From contig JBFWWG010000006.1 of the NCBI GenBank assembly GCA_050246315.1, positions 96,001 through 160,000 on the forward strand: 64,000 nt of DNA. The letters are read 5' to 3'. The notes below the pieces were generated by a model. It made no database searches. It was not told the DNA's origin and was given only the letters and a program-made list of their open reading frames with translations. Shown piece by piece: positions 1-10,958 of this stretch. The translations under genes and the position numbers were made by a program. The DNA comes from Nitrospiraceae bacterium. GTDB lineage: Bacteria; Nitrospirota; Nitrospiria; Nitrospirales; Nitrospiraceae. Positions within the stretch are counted from its first letter, which is position 1. Each line of letters starts with the position of its first letter.

Positions 1-1
1 C

Positions 2-526
2 GCCGTAGACGGCAAGCGGCTGTCTCCGGCCAAACTGCTCGCGCAGTTGAATCGGTTGGGTGGCGCACATGGGATCGGCCGAGTCGATTTGGTCGAGAAT
101 CGCTATGTCGGCATGAAGTCGCGCGGTGTCTACGAGACCCCCGGCGGGACGATCCTGCACGTGGCCCATCGGGCGCTGGAATCGCTGACGCTGGATCGCG
201 AGGTCCTCCATCTGCGCGATAGTTTGATCCCGCGCTATGCCGAGCTGATCTACTATGGCTATTGGTATGCCCCTGAACGGGATATGATCCAGAAGGCCAT
301 CGACGAGGCGCAGCAGGATGTCTGGGGCACGGTGCGCGTCAAGTTGTACAAGGGGACCTGCTCGGTCGTGGGACGGCGTTCCGACCGCTCACTCTATCGG
401 TTGGACATGGCCACGTTCGAAGAGGACGAGGTCTATCGGCAACGGGACGCGGAGGGATTCATCCGGTTAAACGCGCTGCGTTTGGCAATTCGCGCGCAAC
501 GTCGCACCGCGAGGACGCGACGGTGA
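2..526 (+). CDS. argG: Argininosuccinate synthase, C-terminal part (truncated by window edge)
   Basis: [25 protein letters not shown] and [11 protein letters not shown] motifs; overlaps argH start. Confidence 0.97.
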   Translation, partial: AVDGKRLSPAKLLAQLNRLGGAHGIGRVDLVENRYVGMKSRGVYETPGGTILHVAHRALESLTLDREVLHLRDSLIPRYAELIYYGYWYAPERDMIQKAIDEAQQDVWGTVRVKLYKGTCSVVGRRSDRSLYRLDMATFEEDEVYRQRDAEGFIRLNALRLAIRAQRRTARTRR

Positions 527-1953
527 AGTCCGCCCGCCGGAGGAGATCGACCAAGCCCAAAACCAAAGCCCCCACCGCCGGTCGGAAGGCCTGGGCCGGG
601 CGGTTTGGTGAAGAGACGAATCGCCTCGTGGAAGCGTTCACGGCTTCCTTGCAGTTCGACCAACGGCTCTACCCCTGGGACATTCAAGGCAGCCAGGCTC
701 ATTGTCGAACCCTTCAGCGCGCCGGCATCCTCACGATGAGTGAGGCCAAGAACCTGATCCGGGGGCTCGATCAGGTGAAGGCTGAATTGGACCGGAGGCG
801 TTTTCGGTTTCACCCCGCCGACGAGGACATCCACATGGCCATCGAGCGCCGGCTGACCGAACTCGTCGGCCCCGTCGGAGGCAAGCTGCACACCGGGCGC
901 AGCCGCAACGACCAGGTCGCCACCGACCTGCGTCTGTATGTGCGCGACATCCTCGCCGTCCTTCGTGATCGGGTCGAGGCCCTGCAACGCGCGTTTGTCT
1001 CTCAGGCCCGAGCCAACCTCGGCGTCGTCATGCCCGGCTATACGCACCTCCAGCGGGCACAACCGGTGCTCGTCTCGCATCACTGGCTGGCCTTTGTCGA
1101 AATGTTGGAACGGGACAAGGGGCGGCTGAGCGACGCCCTCGCTCGTCTGAATGTCATGCCGCTCGGCTCCGGCGCCCTGGCCGGTACGAACTACCCCCTT
1201 GATCGGCAATACCAGGCGCAACTCCTCTCGTTCCCGGCCGTCTCGCAGAACAGCCTGGACGCCGTCTCAGATCGCGACTTCGTCGTCGAAGTTCTGGCGG
1301 CGCTGGCGACACTGATGATGCATCTGTCCCGGCTGAGCGAGGAACTGATTCTCTGGGCATCACAGGAATTCCGCTATGTGGACATTCCGGACCGATTCTG
1401 CACCGGTAGCAGCATGATGCCGCAGAAGAAGAACCCCGACGTGCCGGAACTCGTGCGAGGAAAAGCCGGGCGAGTCTATGGCCATCTGCTGGGGATGCTG
1501 ACAACTCTCAAGGGTCTGCCGCTGAGCTATAACCGTGATTTACAGGAAGATAAGGAACCTCTTTTTGATGCGCTGGACACAGCCCATGCGTCGGTGGAGG
1601 TGCTGACGGAGTTGATGATGGGGCTCCGAGTGAACCGCCCCGTCGTCGAGCAGGCGGCGGAGGTGGGCGGCATGCTGGCCACGGAGTTGGCGGATTATCT
1701 CGTGCTCAAGGGGGTCCCCTTTCGAGAGACCCATGCGATTGTCGGCCAAATCGTGCGGTACTGCATCGAGAAGCATCGTGAGCTGGCTGATCTCTCGCTC
1801 GACGAGTACAAGCGGTTTGCGAAGCAATTCGAAGCGGACGTCACCGAGCGGCTCACCGTTCGGGGCGCAATCGACCGGAAAAATCAAATCGGTGGCACAG
1901 CCAGGCAGGCCGTGACGGCACAATTGACGAGATGGGAGAAGCGCCTGAAATGA
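523..1953 (+). CDS. argH: Argininosuccinate lyase
   Basis: [40 protein letters not shown] start overlaps argG stop. Confidence 0.97.
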   Translation: MKSARRRRSTKPKTKAPTAGRKAWAGRFGEETNRLVEAFTASLQFDQRLYPWDIQGSQAHCRTLQRAGILTMSEAKNLIRGLDQVKAELDRRRFRFHPADEDIHMAIERRLTELVGPVGGKLHTGRSRNDQVATDLRLYVRDILAVLRDRVEALQRAFVSQARANLGVVMPGYTHLQRAQPVLVSHHWLAFVEMLERDKGRLSDALARLNVMPLGSGALAGTNYPLDRQYQAQLLSFPAVSQNSLDAVSDRDFVVEVLAALATLMMHLSRLSEELILWASQEFRYVDIPDRFCTGSSMMPQKKNPDVPELVRGKAGRVYGHLLGMLTTLKGLPLSYNRDLQEDKEPLFDALDTAHASVEVLTELMMGLRVNRPVVEQAAEVGGMLATELADYLVLKGVPFRETHAIVGQIVRYCIEKHRELADLSLDEYKRFAKQFEADVTERLTVRGAIDRKNQIGGTARQAVTAQLTRWEKRLK

Positions 1954-2219
1954 GCGGGGCGTTAAAGAAGCGCAGATGGCACGCGATCCCTCTGGCTCTC
2001 TGGCTCCTTGTCGGGGTAGGATGTGGCACCATCGGCTCGCCCATTGCGCCGGAGGATGTGGGGATCGGCCCGCGACTGCAACGAGAACAACAGGCGGCCA
2101 AGGCCAGGGAGCAGCAGTCCGAGCAGCGGACATTCTCCGCAGAGGAATCCCGACAGCAGCCTTCCGTGGTACCTGATGAGGCGGAACTTCCACCGCTCAG
2201 GCCGATCGGAACGCGATAG
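1950..2219 (+). CDS. Small lipoprotein (LptM/YifL/LppL-like)
   Basis: Hydrophobic signal ending VGVG-C, then CGTIGSPIAP; lies between argH and lysA. Confidence 0.65.
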   Translation: MSGALKKRRWHAIPLALWLLVGVGCGTIGSPIAPEDVGIGPRLQREQQAAKAREQQSEQRTFSAEESRQQPSVVPDEAELPPLRPIGTR

Positions 2220-2258
2220 GCGGGGACCGGACGAACCCTACCAACAAGGATACGCGCC

Positions 2259-3521
2259 ATGGAAGATTATCAATACCGTGACGGAGAATTGTATTGCGAG
2301 GAGGTGCCGGTCAGCCGGATCATCAAGGAATACGGCACTCCCTGTTTCGTCTACAGCCACGCCTCCCTCCTGCGCCAATACCGGGCCTACAATAGCGCCT
2401 TTTCCGGCATACCTCACATCATCGCCTTCGCGATGAAAGCCAATTCGAACCTGGCCATTCTGCGATTGATGGCCAAAGAAGGGAGCGGAGTGGATATCGT
2501 CTCCGGCGGCGAACTGTTTCGAGCCTTACGGTCCGGCGTGCCTCCTCAGAAGATTGTGTTCGCCGGTGTCGGAAAGAATCCGGATGAAATCCGCGACGCG
2601 CTCAAGACGGATATCCTGATGTTCAACGTGGAATCATCGGCGGAGCTGCACGCCATCAATGACGTGGCGGCCTCGATGGGAGCGCGTGCGCGCGTCGCGC
2701 TGCGGATCAATCCGGACATCGACCCCAAGACCCATCCCTACATCTCGACCGGCCTGAAGAAGAGTAAATTCGGGATCGCAGCGGACCGCGCGCTGGACGA
2801 GTTCAAGCTCGCGACCTCGTTGAAACATATCGAGGTCGTGGGGGTCCACAAACACATCGGTTCGCAACTGACGGAGGTCACTCCGTTCGTTGAGGCGTTG
2901 AAAAAGATTCTGAGCCTGGTCCACCAGGTGAAGGCTCACGGCACGGATATTCGCTATATCAATATCGGCGGAGGGCTGGGGATCACGTATGCCGACGAGA
3001 CACCGCCGAAGCCTCAGGATCTGGCCGCCGCCCTTGCGCCGCTGTTGCAAGGCCTCAATTGCACGCTGATCATGGAGCCGGGACGGAACATCGTGGGCAA
3101 CGCCGGCGCCCTCATGACCCGCATTCTCTACAACAAACAAGGAGAAGCGAAGCGTTTCGTGATCGTGGATGCGGCGATGAACGACCTCATCCGCCCCAGT
3201 CTGTACGGGGCGTACCATGAGATCAAGCCTGTCCAGCAACGGTTTCTCCAGTCCGCCACCCACATGGTTGATGTGGTCGGACCGGTGTGCGAGTCCGGCG
3301 ATTTTCTGGCCAAGGACCGCACCTTGCCGGACGTGCCCCCAGGGGAGTTCCTGGCCGTGATGAGTGCGGGCGCGTACGGATTCGTGATGTCGTCGAACTA
3401 CAACTCCCGCCCTCGCGCGCCTGAAGTTCTGGTTCATGGCAGCGAAGCGCATCTGATCCGGATGCGAGAATCCTATGAGGACCTGATCAAAGGGGAAACA
3501 ATTCCGACGTTCTTGAATTAA
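2259..3521 (+). CDS. lysA: Diaminopimelate decarboxylase
   Basis: FAMKANSN (PLP Lys), HIGSQ, NIGGGLG, EPGR, VGPVCESGD, GAYG...SNYNSRPR. Confidence 0.97.
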   Translation: MEDYQYRDGELYCEEVPVSRIIKEYGTPCFVYSHASLLRQYRAYNSAFSGIPHIIAFAMKANSNLAILRLMAKEGSGVDIVSGGELFRALRSGVPPQKIVFAGVGKNPDEIRDALKTDILMFNVESSAELHAINDVAASMGARARVALRINPDIDPKTHPYISTGLKKSKFGIAADRALDEFKLATSLKHIEVVGVHKHIGSQLTEVTPFVEALKKILSLVHQVKAHGTDIRYINIGGGLGITYADETPPKPQDLAAALAPLLQGLNCTLIMEPGRNIVGNAGALMTRILYNKQGEAKRFVIVDAAMNDLIRPSLYGAYHEIKPVQQRFLQSATHMVDVVGPVCESGDFLAKDRTLPDVPPGEFLAVMSAGAYGFVMSSNYNSRPRAPEVLVHGSEAHLIRMRESYEDLIKGETIPTFLN

Positions 3522-3646
3522 CCCGCACCGTTCACGATGACTTCGACTGTAACTGCCGTGCGACCCGTCACCGCCCAAGAGCACCGGATCCAACGCATGG
3601 CATCTCCGCGGTTTCGTCACGAATTCTCGTGAATCGTGCGGGTTCA
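3518..3646. mobile_element. Degenerate MITE, family A
   Basis: Inverted ends AACCCGCACCGTTCACGA / TCGTGAATCGTGCGGGTT (16/18), starting in lysA TAA; subterminal blocks resemble copies at 51.1 and 54.0 kb. Confidence 0.7.
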
Positions 3647-3668
3647 CGCCGGAAACGGAGGCTCGTTT

Positions 3669-4541
3669 ATGTTCACCGGGTCGATCGTCGCAATCATCAC
3701 CCCGTTTCGGAATGGCAAGGTTGACGAGCGCGCACTCGGCGACTTGATCGAATCTCAGATCGCCAACCACACGGCCGGCATCGTGCCCTGCGGGACGACC
3801 GGCGAGTCCGCTACGCTCTCGCACGAGGAACATGATCGTGTTGTGGGCCTCACCGTCGAAGCGGTGAGGCGCCGGGTGCCGGTCATTGCCGGAACCGGCT
3901 CAAACAGCACAGAGGAGGCCATCACCCTAACCCAGCACGCGAAGCGGGCTGGGGCGGACGGCGCGTTGCTGATCACCCCCTATTACAACAAGCCCACGCA
4001 GGAGGGGTTGTTCCGACACTATAAGGCGGTCGCGGAGGCCGTCGATCTCCCACTCGTGCTTTACAATATTCCGGGACGAACCGGAGTCAACCTCTTGCCG
4101 GCCACGGTCGCGCGACTCGCCTCAAGCCCCAACATCGTCGGCATCAAAGAAGGCAGCGGATCGATCCAACAGACGTCTGATATTGTGCAGCTTTGCGGAG
4201 AGCGTATCACCGTCCTATCTGGAGATGATCCGTTGACTCTGCCGATCATGGCCCTTGGAGGCAAAGGGGTGATTACGGTGACGGCCAACCTCCTCCCGCA
4301 GGAGATGTCGGCAATGGTCGCCGCAGCTCTGGCTCATCATTGGGATGAGGCTCGGCGCCTTCACTATAAGTTGTCTCCGCTCTTTGCGGCGCTTTTTCTG
4401 GAAACCAACCCGATTCCAGTCAAGGAGGCCCTTGGCCTCATGGGCAAAATCGATCCTGAAGTACGGCTGCCCCTCTGCCCGCTCATGCCTGACAACCGGG
4501 ATCGTCTCACCCGCGTGCTCAAGGACTATGGCCTCGTCTAG
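3669..4541 (+). CDS. dapA: 4-hydroxy-tetrahydrodipicolinate synthase
   Basis: GTTGES, PYYNKP, LYNIPGRT, GIKE, ETNPIPVK; GGAGG RBS at 3657. Confidence 0.97.
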   Translation: MFTGSIVAIITPFRNGKVDERALGDLIESQIANHTAGIVPCGTTGESATLSHEEHDRVVGLTVEAVRRRVPVIAGTGSNSTEEAITLTQHAKRAGADGALLITPYYNKPTQEGLFRHYKAVAEAVDLPLVLYNIPGRTGVNLLPATVARLASSPNIVGIKEGSGSIQQTSDIVQLCGERITVLSGDDPLTLPIMALGGKGVITVTANLLPQEMSAMVAAALAHHWDEARRLHYKLSPLFAALFLETNPIPVKEALGLMGKIDPEVRLPLCPLMPDNRDRLTRVLKDYGLV

Positions 4542-4725
4542 GAGCCTGCCTGACATTGCCGTTCGTAACAAGGCGAAGCAGGCGATGGCAGAGGCCATGC
4601 CGCAGGCCGCGAAATACCGGAGGCGTATTCGCCGGCAGACGTTCAGCATGTTTCGGGGTCGAGAACGAAGCAGATGCCGGGGCATCCTTCCCCGCAGTCG
4701 AAAGGGCACTGTCGGACAGGCTCCT
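4540..4725. mobile_element. MITE-like element, family B
   Basis: Inverted ends AGGAGCCTGCCTGACATTGCC (4540-4560) / GGCACTGTCGGACAGGCTCCT (4705-4725), 18/21; begins in dapA TAG. Confidence 0.75.
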
Positions 4726-4822
4726 CGTCAAGCCCATCCGTCATGGTTCCCAATCAGCATCGCTGTCCCGCTCTCCATGGATCAGGCGCACGCAGGCAGC
4801 GTCATGCTCTGCACGATCATCC

Positions 4823-5629
4823 ATGATTAAGACAATTGTGGTCGGAGCAGCCGGTCGCATGGGAAGCCGCCTAATCTCATTGATCAAGGATTCCACCACA
4901 CTGACGTTGGCGGGAGCCGTCGAAACAGCAGGGCATCATGCCGTCGGTGAGGACGCAGGCGAGAAGGCCGGATGTGGTCGACTCGGGGTCGCGATTACCG
5001 ATCAGCTCGCCGCGCTATTGGAAGAAGGCGAGGTGGTCGTCGACTTTTCATCTCCATCTTCAAGCCTGACGAACCTTGCACAGGTCGCCAAACGAAAACG
5101 GGCCATGGTGATCGGCACCACCGGATTCACCTCACAAGAAACCGATGACCTGAAGCGGTTGACGCAGCAGGTGCCCTGCGTCTTCTCTCCCAACATGAGT
5201 GTCGGCGTGAACGTGCTCTTCAAGACCCTGGCGGAAATCGCCAAGACGTTGGGCGAGGATTACGACATCGAAGTGATCGAGGCCCATCACCGACTCAAGA
5301 AAGACGCGCCGAGCGGGACGGCGATGAAGATCGCCGAGGTTTTGGCTCGTGCCATGGATCGAAATCTCGGGCAGGTCGGTGTCTATGAGCGTCATGGCAT
5401 GATCGGAGAACGAACGCGCAATGAAATCGGCATTCAGACCATCCGCGCAGGTGACATCGTTGGAGACCACACCGTCCTGTTCGGCGGGATGGGTGAACGC
5501 ATCGAAGTGACCCACCGCGCGCACAACCGTGACGCTTTTGCCGGCGGCGCGCTCCGAGCCGCACGGTGGGTCGTCAGCAAACCCCCAGGCTTGTACGATA
5601 TGCTCGATGTGCTGGGTCTCAGAGAGTAA
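4823..5629 (+). CDS. dapB: 4-hydroxy-tetrahydrodipicolinate reductase
   Basis: GAAGRMG, GTTG, PNMSVG, EAHHRLKKDAPSGTA; ORF-track N-extension runs through the MITE. Confidence 0.96.
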   Translation: MIKTIVVGAAGRMGSRLISLIKDSTTLTLAGAVETAGHHAVGEDAGEKAGCGRLGVAITDQLAALLEEGEVVVDFSSPSSSLTNLAQVAKRKRAMVIGTTGFTSQETDDLKRLTQQVPCVFSPNMSVGVNVLFKTLAEIAKTLGEDYDIEVIEAHHRLKKDAPSGTAMKIAEVLARAMDRNLGQVGVYERHGMIGERTRNEIGIQTIRAGDIVGDHTVLFGGMGERIEVTHRAHNRDAFAGGALRAARWVVSKPPGLYDMLDVLGLRE

Positions 5630-5744
5630 ACTTGTGCCGCGGAATCCTGTTCGACCCCCGCCCACCAGATTGCGCGTAGCGCATCAGCCGGTAACCTACC
5701 GTTGGACTGCTGCTGCGGATGTCTGTGGATTGAGGCGCAGGCGA

Positions 5745-5957
5745 CTAACGTGTCTGGGCGGGTTCCAACTGAAATTCCTCAGATTGTTCCACTGAGGTCG
5801 GCTTGTCGGAGTTCCGGAGAGCAAGGACGGCGGAGATCCCGTCGTACATCTCCCGTGCGGATTGAGACCACTCGGGCTTGAAGGGCTCGCCCCGGAACGC
5901 AGCCTCGGCGGCTTTCCGTTCGTCGTTGGTAAGAGGTCTGGTGGTTCGTCCGGTCAT
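5745..5957 (-). CDS. Small hypothetical protein
   Basis: Protein-like helical sequence LTNDERKAAEAAFRG..W; recalled from Nitrospira genomes, not verified. Confidence 0.6.
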   Translation of the reverse strand: MTGRTTRPLTNDERKAAEAAFRGEPFKPEWSQSAREMYDGISAVLALRNSDKPTSVEQSEEFQLEPAQTR

Positions 5958-6262
5958 CAATGCCGTGAGGTTAAGGGACGTGGTTCAGGATCCACCATTT
6001 TCCGTCTCCCGCAGTTCAGACAGGCGTAGACGTTAATGGCAAGACCCGCATCCAAGTCGACCGCTCGCTCCGGAATCATGGTACCGCGACATTTGTCACA
6101 GATTTGCATGGGCACACACTAACATCGGCAGCCATCACGAACCATCCATCTGAAGTACTGGTCAACCGCGCGCAAAGGACCCTCTGCTTCTTCGGCTCGA
6201 CTGGGTCCTTCGGCCAGGGATTGCTAGGCCGTGGCCGTGCAGCAACGGCAGCGGCCACGACC

Positions 6263-6291
6263 TTGACAGTGGTGGAAGCCCCTCATAGGAT
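6263..6291 (+). promoter_or_regulatory. sigma70 promoter
   Basis: TTGACA-17bp-TAGGAT, 20 bp before ATG 6312. Confidence 0.7.
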
Positions 6292-6311
6292 GACTTCAGG
6301 ACGGGAGTGGA

Positions 6312-6554
6312 ATGTTGAGACTCTTTATTGTCGCGGGGTTACTGATCGTCATGTATCTGCTGGTTCGGTCGGCCATCCGACAGTGGGGACGGCCGCCGAG
6401 TGAGTTATCCGACCCCAGACAGATGGTCCAGGACCCCATGTGCCGAGTCTTCATCCCGAGGGGCACCGCGGTCTCTGCGAGGATTGGAGGCCAAACCTAT
6501 TATTTCTGCAGTTCCGATTGCGCGACAAAGTTCGAGCGACAGCTTTCCGGTTAG
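6312..6554 (+). CDS. Membrane-anchored YHS/TRASH domain protein
   Basis: N-terminal TM; DPMC..F....YYFCSSDC..KF. Confidence 0.85.
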   Translation: MLRLFIVAGLLIVMYLLVRSAIRQWGRPPSELSDPRQMVQDPMCRVFIPRGTAVSARIGGQTYYFCSSDCATKFERQLSG

Positions 6555-6856
6555 CAGCCGGAGTAGCTGTAATCCGCAAGCTTGTCCTCCTTGTCGAACT
6601 TCAAGGTAATGGCGCACTCATTGGGTTTGAAGTTGAACAACGGCAGGCTCGTCTTCCCTCCGGCGATTCGGTAATAGGTCCAGGTCTCTCCCCCGAAAAA
6701 GCGTGGCGCCTTGGCGTTGGGAGTTCCCCAGTTTTGCTCGAACCAAGTCTTGTCCCTTCCTTCGAATTCTGCCGGTTTGAGCGACTGCTCCAGGTACGGG
6801 TTGTTGCTGCAGCCGACCAGCAAAAGAACGGCGAGCAGCCAGCCTCTGCCCTTCAT
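6551..6856 (-). CDS. Small lipoprotein (SmpA/BamE-like fold possible)
   Basis: LLLVG-C lipobox; WGTP...ETWTY pattern. Confidence 0.75.
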   Translation of the reverse strand: MKGRGWLLAVLLLVGCSNNPYLEQSLKPAEFEGRDKTWFEQNWGTPNAKAPRFFGGETWTYYRIAGGKTSLPLFNFKPNECAITLKFDKEDKLADYSYSGC

Positions 6857-7070
6857 ACCTGAGTCCTCCCGCGTGATGCCATGAACCGTCCGATCCGTTT
6901 TCATAATCGTGCGACACGATCGCGCACTCGTTTCGAAAATTCTACCGGCAGACCGAACATTCTGCAAACGGCTCAGCAGTTCCGCGCAGCGTTTGCATTC
7001 AGGTGCTGTTCTTTCTAGAATACCTGAGTGCGCAGAGAGGCGAGTTCGCAATCGACGAAAGGATCATGCC

Positions 7071-7718
7071 ATGAAACTCTTTCTCGACACAGCCAACGTC
7101 AAAGAAATCCAGGAAGCTGCCAGCCTGGGTCTTCTCGATGGAGTGACCACGAATCCGTCACTGGTAGCCAAGGAGGGGCGCAGTTTCCGCGACATGCTCG
7201 AGGAAATTTGCCGCATCGTCGATGGCCCGGTCAGCGCGGAGGTCGTCGCGATCGAAGCCGATGCGATGGTGAAGGAGGGACGCGAACTCGCCAAAATTCA
7301 CAAGAACATCGTTGTGAAAGTCCCGCTGATTCCTGAAGGGCTCAAAGCCACAAAGCGGCTTTCGAGCGAAGGCATCAAGGTCAATGTGACGCTGTGCTTC
7401 TCCCCGACACAAGCGCTGCTGGCGGCCAAAGCCGGCGCCTGGTGCGTCTCGCCGTTTATCGGACGGCTGGATGACGTCAGCTCGGACGGCATGACGCTGA
7501 TCCGTCAGATTATCGCCATTTACAAGAATTATTCGTACACCACCTACGTGCTGGTGGCCAGCGTGCGGCATCCCCAGCATGTCGTGGAAGCGGCGCTCGT
7601 CGGCGGTCATATCTGCACGATCCCGTATGCGGTATTCCAGCAACTGGTGAAGCACCCGCTCACCGACATCGGACTTAAGAAATTCTTGGCCGACTGGGAA
7701 TCGCGCGGACAGAAGTAG
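7071..7718 (+). CDS. tal: Transaldolase (FSA/TalC family)
   Basis: LDTAN, GVTTNPS, VVKVP; Glu (SAEV) and Phe (SPF) favour transaldolase over fructose-6-P aldolase. Confidence 0.9.
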   Translation: MKLFLDTANVKEIQEAASLGLLDGVTTNPSLVAKEGRSFRDMLEEICRIVDGPVSAEVVAIEADAMVKEGRELAKIHKNIVVKVPLIPEGLKATKRLSSEGIKVNVTLCFSPTQALLAAKAGAWCVSPFIGRLDDVSSDGMTLIRQIIAIYKNYSYTTYVLVASVRHPQHVVEAALVGGHICTIPYAVFQQLVKHPLTDIGLKKFLADWESRGQK

Positions 7719-8418
7719 CTCGACACGATTCGTCAGACTGGGACAGAATTCGGCGTGCTTGGTCGAAGACCGCGTGGAACATCGGCCTCGTGAGCTTGCC
7801 GGTAAAGGTATTCTGCTGGCTGGGATGGTAGGAGGCGATCAGCATCACCCCAGCCGGCAGGCGACAGAATGCCTTGTGGGCAAAGCGGGGAGTCGGTTTC
7901 GGAACCTCCCATCCGAGTTCTATTCTCGCTTTCAGATAGTGGTCAAACGCGATCTTGCCCAAGACCACCACCACACGAACCCCGCCGAGCAATCGAATCT
8001 CTTGAAGCAGAAACCGCCGGCAGGCTAAGAACTCGTCGGGACTCGGCTTGTTGCCGGGCGGTGCGCAACGGACCGTCGCTCCGATATAGCAGTCCGAGAG
8101 CTTAAGCCCGTCATCCCGATGGACGGACGTGGCTTGGTTGGCAAACCCGAATCGGTGCAGCGCTTCATACAGCCAGTCCCCGCTCCGATCGCCTGTGAAC
8201 ACGCGCCCCGTCCGGTTCCCTCCGTGCGCAGCCGGCGCAAGGCCCAGCACGTAGAGGCGCGCCCCGGGATCTCCGAACCCCGGCACCGGCTTCCCCCAGT
8301 AGCTCCATTCGCGATATTGCCGACGCTTCTCCACCGCGATGCGAGCGCGATACTCCACCAGCCGACGGCAATTCGCACAGGCAGCGATCTCCTGGTTCAG
8401 CATGGTCAACGTCCGCAT
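7675..8418 (-). CDS. Uracil-DNA glycosylase, family 5 (UdgB-like)
   Basis: Cxx[37 protein letters not shown]. Confidence 0.93.
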   Translation of the reverse strand: MRTLTMLNQEIAACANCRRLVEYRARIAVEKRRQYREWSYWGKPVPGFGDPGARLYVLGLAPAAHGGNRTGRVFTGDRSGDWLYEALHRFGFANQATSVHRDDGLKLSDCYIGATVRCAPPGNKPSPDEFLACRRFLLQEIRLLGGVRVVVVLGKIAFDHYLKARIELGWEVPKPTPRFAHKAFCRLPAGVMLIASYHPSQQNTFTGKLTRPMFHAVFDQARRILSQSDESCRATSVRAIPSRPRIS

Positions 8419-8531
8419 CGGGCGAGTCTACCATGAACCCAAACCGCAATCCCGCTTGCTGCGCCCCGAACTTGCTGCTAGCATCGGGCCTGACATCCGG
8501 AACACGCTGCCATTTATGGAGGGGTTGAGGC

Positions 8532-9617
8532 ATGATGCGAGGGGTAGCTGCCACCGTTCTGATCGGATTCACCGTGCTGCTCCTGGCCTCTAGGGCCGAC
8601 CTCCGCGCACAATCGGCGCCACATCCGGCAAGCTCCACCCCAGCCGCGGACAAGCCTCTGGAATCAGGCCAGGCCTCCAACGGAAACGGAGACCCCGCGG
8701 CCGCGGAAATTGAGGAGGCGAATGCCGAGGTCGAAGAGCGGTTGGTCGTGCTTCCAGAGATCAGGCGCGAAGGCGAGCGCTTCTATCTGAGCAGCTTCAA
8801 ATTGCCCGACAAGCTCACGTTCGCCGGGCAATCGATCCCGCTCGATAACTGGCAGGTCCGGGAACGGATCGAGTATGAGTTCTACGCGTTCCTCGAAGAC
8901 CAAGGCGAAAGCATCATCATGGCCAAGCGGACCGGCCGGTGCTTCCCTCCCGTCGAAAAGCAACTAAGCGAGGCGGGACTCCCGGACGACCTCAAGTACA
9001 TGCTCCTGGTCGAGAGCAAATGCATCGCCGCCGCCTACTCGAAAGCTAAGGCCTCGGGCCCCTGGCAGTTCATCAATTCGACCGGCCGCCGCTACAAGCT
9101 ACACAGCGACCGCGTATTGGACGAACGGCGCAATCTGGAAATGTCCACCGATGCCGCAGTGAAATACTTGCGGCACTTGCGGGACTTTCAACAGGGCGAT
9201 TGGTTTCTTGCCATGGCCTCGTACAACGCCGGAGAGGACCGGATCAGAAAACTGATGAAGGAGCAGAAGGTCACCGACTACTGGAAGCTGCACGGGCCGC
9301 GTGAAACCATGCGCTATGTTCCGCGGATCATCGCGGCAAAGGAAATCTACTCGCAGCCGGATCGGTACCTCGGCCTGTCGAAGAAGGATCTCTATGCTCC
9401 GCTGGAGACCGAATCGGTGACCGTGACGATCAAGGTAGCCCAGCGCTCGCTGGTCTCGATTGCCGAGGAGTACGGCACCTATTACCTCGAACTGAAGATG
9501 CTCAATCCGGAATTCAAGAAGGAATACCTGCCCCGAGGAGTCTACACCGTCAAGGTGCCTCGCCAAACCTGCCCGCAGCGTTGCTTCAAGCAAGAGACGA
9601 CTGCTCCTGTGCGTTGA
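8532..9617 (+). CDS. Lytic transglycosylase (SLT/MltD-like), exported
   Basis: Signal peptide; VES..A.S.AKASGPWQF, ASYNAG, ETMRYVPRI. Confidence 0.9.
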   Translation: MMRGVAATVLIGFTVLLLASRADLRAQSAPHPASSTPAADKPLESGQASNGNGDPAAAEIEEANAEVEERLVVLPEIRREGERFYLSSFKLPDKLTFAGQSIPLDNWQVRERIEYEFYAFLEDQGESIIMAKRTGRCFPPVEKQLSEAGLPDDLKYMLLVESKCIAAAYSKAKASGPWQFINSTGRRYKLHSDRVLDERRNLEMSTDAAVKYLRHLRDFQQGDWFLAMASYNAGEDRIRKLMKEQKVTDYWKLHGPRETMRYVPRIIAAKEIYSQPDRYLGLSKKDLYAPLETESVTVTIKVAQRSLVSIAEEYGTYYLELKMLNPEFKKEYLPRGVYTVKVPRQTCPQRCFKQETTAPVR

Positions 9618-10954
9618 TGCGGGTCGAGGTCAGGCAGACTCGCGCTCGCCGGCTCTTGACCCGCCTGTTCACCTGCGTGCTACAGGCGGTTGATCCGTAC
9701 TTGGCAATCAGGGCCCATGCACGACGGCGCGGCTCGATCCTCTCCATCGATTCGGAACGGTTTGATCTCCGCCGCTATCGACGCATCGTGATCGCCGGAG
9801 CCGGCAAGGCCGCCTTACCCATGGCCCTGGCGATGGAGGACATGCTGGGCAAATATCTTGAGACCGGATTGATCGTGACGAAGTATGGACACGGAGGCCG
9901 CACTCGAAAGATCCAGGTCATGGAAGCGGGACATCCGGTGCCGGATCAGGCCGGAGTGGAAGGAACCACAAGGCTCCTTGACCTGGTTCACGGTCTGACT
10001 CGCAACGATCTGCTCCTGGTCCTGATCTCCGGCGGAGCCTCCGCACTGCTCCCTGCGCCTGCCGCAGGCATCAGCCTCAAGGACAAACAGGATACGACCG
10101 GTCTCCTCCTACGAAGCGGCGCGACGATTCAAGAGATGAACGCCGTCCGGAAGCATCTTTCCATGCTCAAGGGAGGCCAGCTTGCGGCTGCGACCAAGGC
10201 CCGCGTGGTCAGTGTCATTCTCTCCGACGTGATCGGAGACGACCTCGGCACGATCGGTTCCGGACCGACGGCTCCGGATTTCACCACCTATCGAGACGCG
10301 ATCCGCATTCTTCAGTCCTATCGGGTCTGGAGTCGGATTCCGACCTCGGTACGTCGCCACCTGACGCAAGGACGCCGGGGAGTCTTGAGCGAGACACCGA
10401 AGCCGGGAGCCTCGGTCTTCCGCCGCGTGACGCATCATCTGATCGGTAACAATCGCGCGGCCGTCGAAACCGCCAGCGCGGTCTGCTCGTCTGAAGGTGT
10501 CACGCCCCTTGTGCTCACCACTGAGCTGACCGGTGAAGCCAAGATGGCCGCCCGTTGGTTCGGATCGCTGGCCAGACAGGTGATCCTGCGCGGGCGGCCG
10601 GCGCGTCGTCCCTGTTGCCTGATCGCGGGCGGTGAACTCACGGTCACGGTCCAGGGAAAGGGAACAGGTGGTCGTGCCCAGGAATTCGCCCTGGCGGCGG
10701 CTAAAGAGATCGTCGGTCTCCCGAACGTCTATGTGGCGGGGTTCGGCACAGACGGTACCGATGGACCAACCGATGCGGCCGGCGCCGTTGTCGATGGTCA
10801 AACCGTGACGCGCGCTTCCAAGCGCAGGCTCAACCTCCCCCGCGCGCTATCCAACAACAATGCCTATCCCTTACTCAAATCCTTGAAGCAACTCGTCATT
10901 ACGGGTCCGACAGGAACCAACGTCAACGATCTCTACCTGCTGCTCGTGCTCTAA
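9617..10954 (+). CDS. Glycerate 2-kinase (DUF4147/MOFRL)
   Basis: GAGKAA, EAGHPVPD, LISGGASAL, GGELTV, GTDGTDG, TGTNVND. Confidence 0.92.
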   Translation: MRVEVRQTRARRLLTRLFTCVLQAVDPYLAIRAHARRRGSILSIDSERFDLRRYRRIVIAGAGKAALPMALAMEDMLGKYLETGLIVTKYGHGGRTRKIQVMEAGHPVPDQAGVEGTTRLLDLVHGLTRNDLLLVLISGGASALLPAPAAGISLKDKQDTTGLLLRSGATIQEMNAVRKHLSMLKGGQLAAATKARVVSVILSDVIGDDLGTIGSGPTAPDFTTYRDAIRILQSYRVWSRIPTSVRRHLTQGRRGVLSETPKPGASVFRRVTHHLIGNNRAAVETASAVCSSEGVTPLVLTTELTGEAKMAARWFGSLARQVILRGRPARRPCCLIAGGELTVTVQGKGTGGRAQEFALAAAKEIVGLPNVYVAGFGTDGTDGPTDAAGAVVDGQTVTRASKRRLNLPRALSNNNAYPLLKSLKQLVITGPTGTNVNDLYLLLVL

Positions 10955-10958
10955 TCCC

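Noticed and set aside
3522..3668. Lysine riboswitch before dapA
   Set aside because: No lysine-aptamer motifs; the structure is explained by MITE inverted ends.
7675..7718. Functional meaning of the 44-bp convergent tal/UDG overlap
   Set aside because: UDG tail looks like a non-conserved extension; common in GC-rich genomes.
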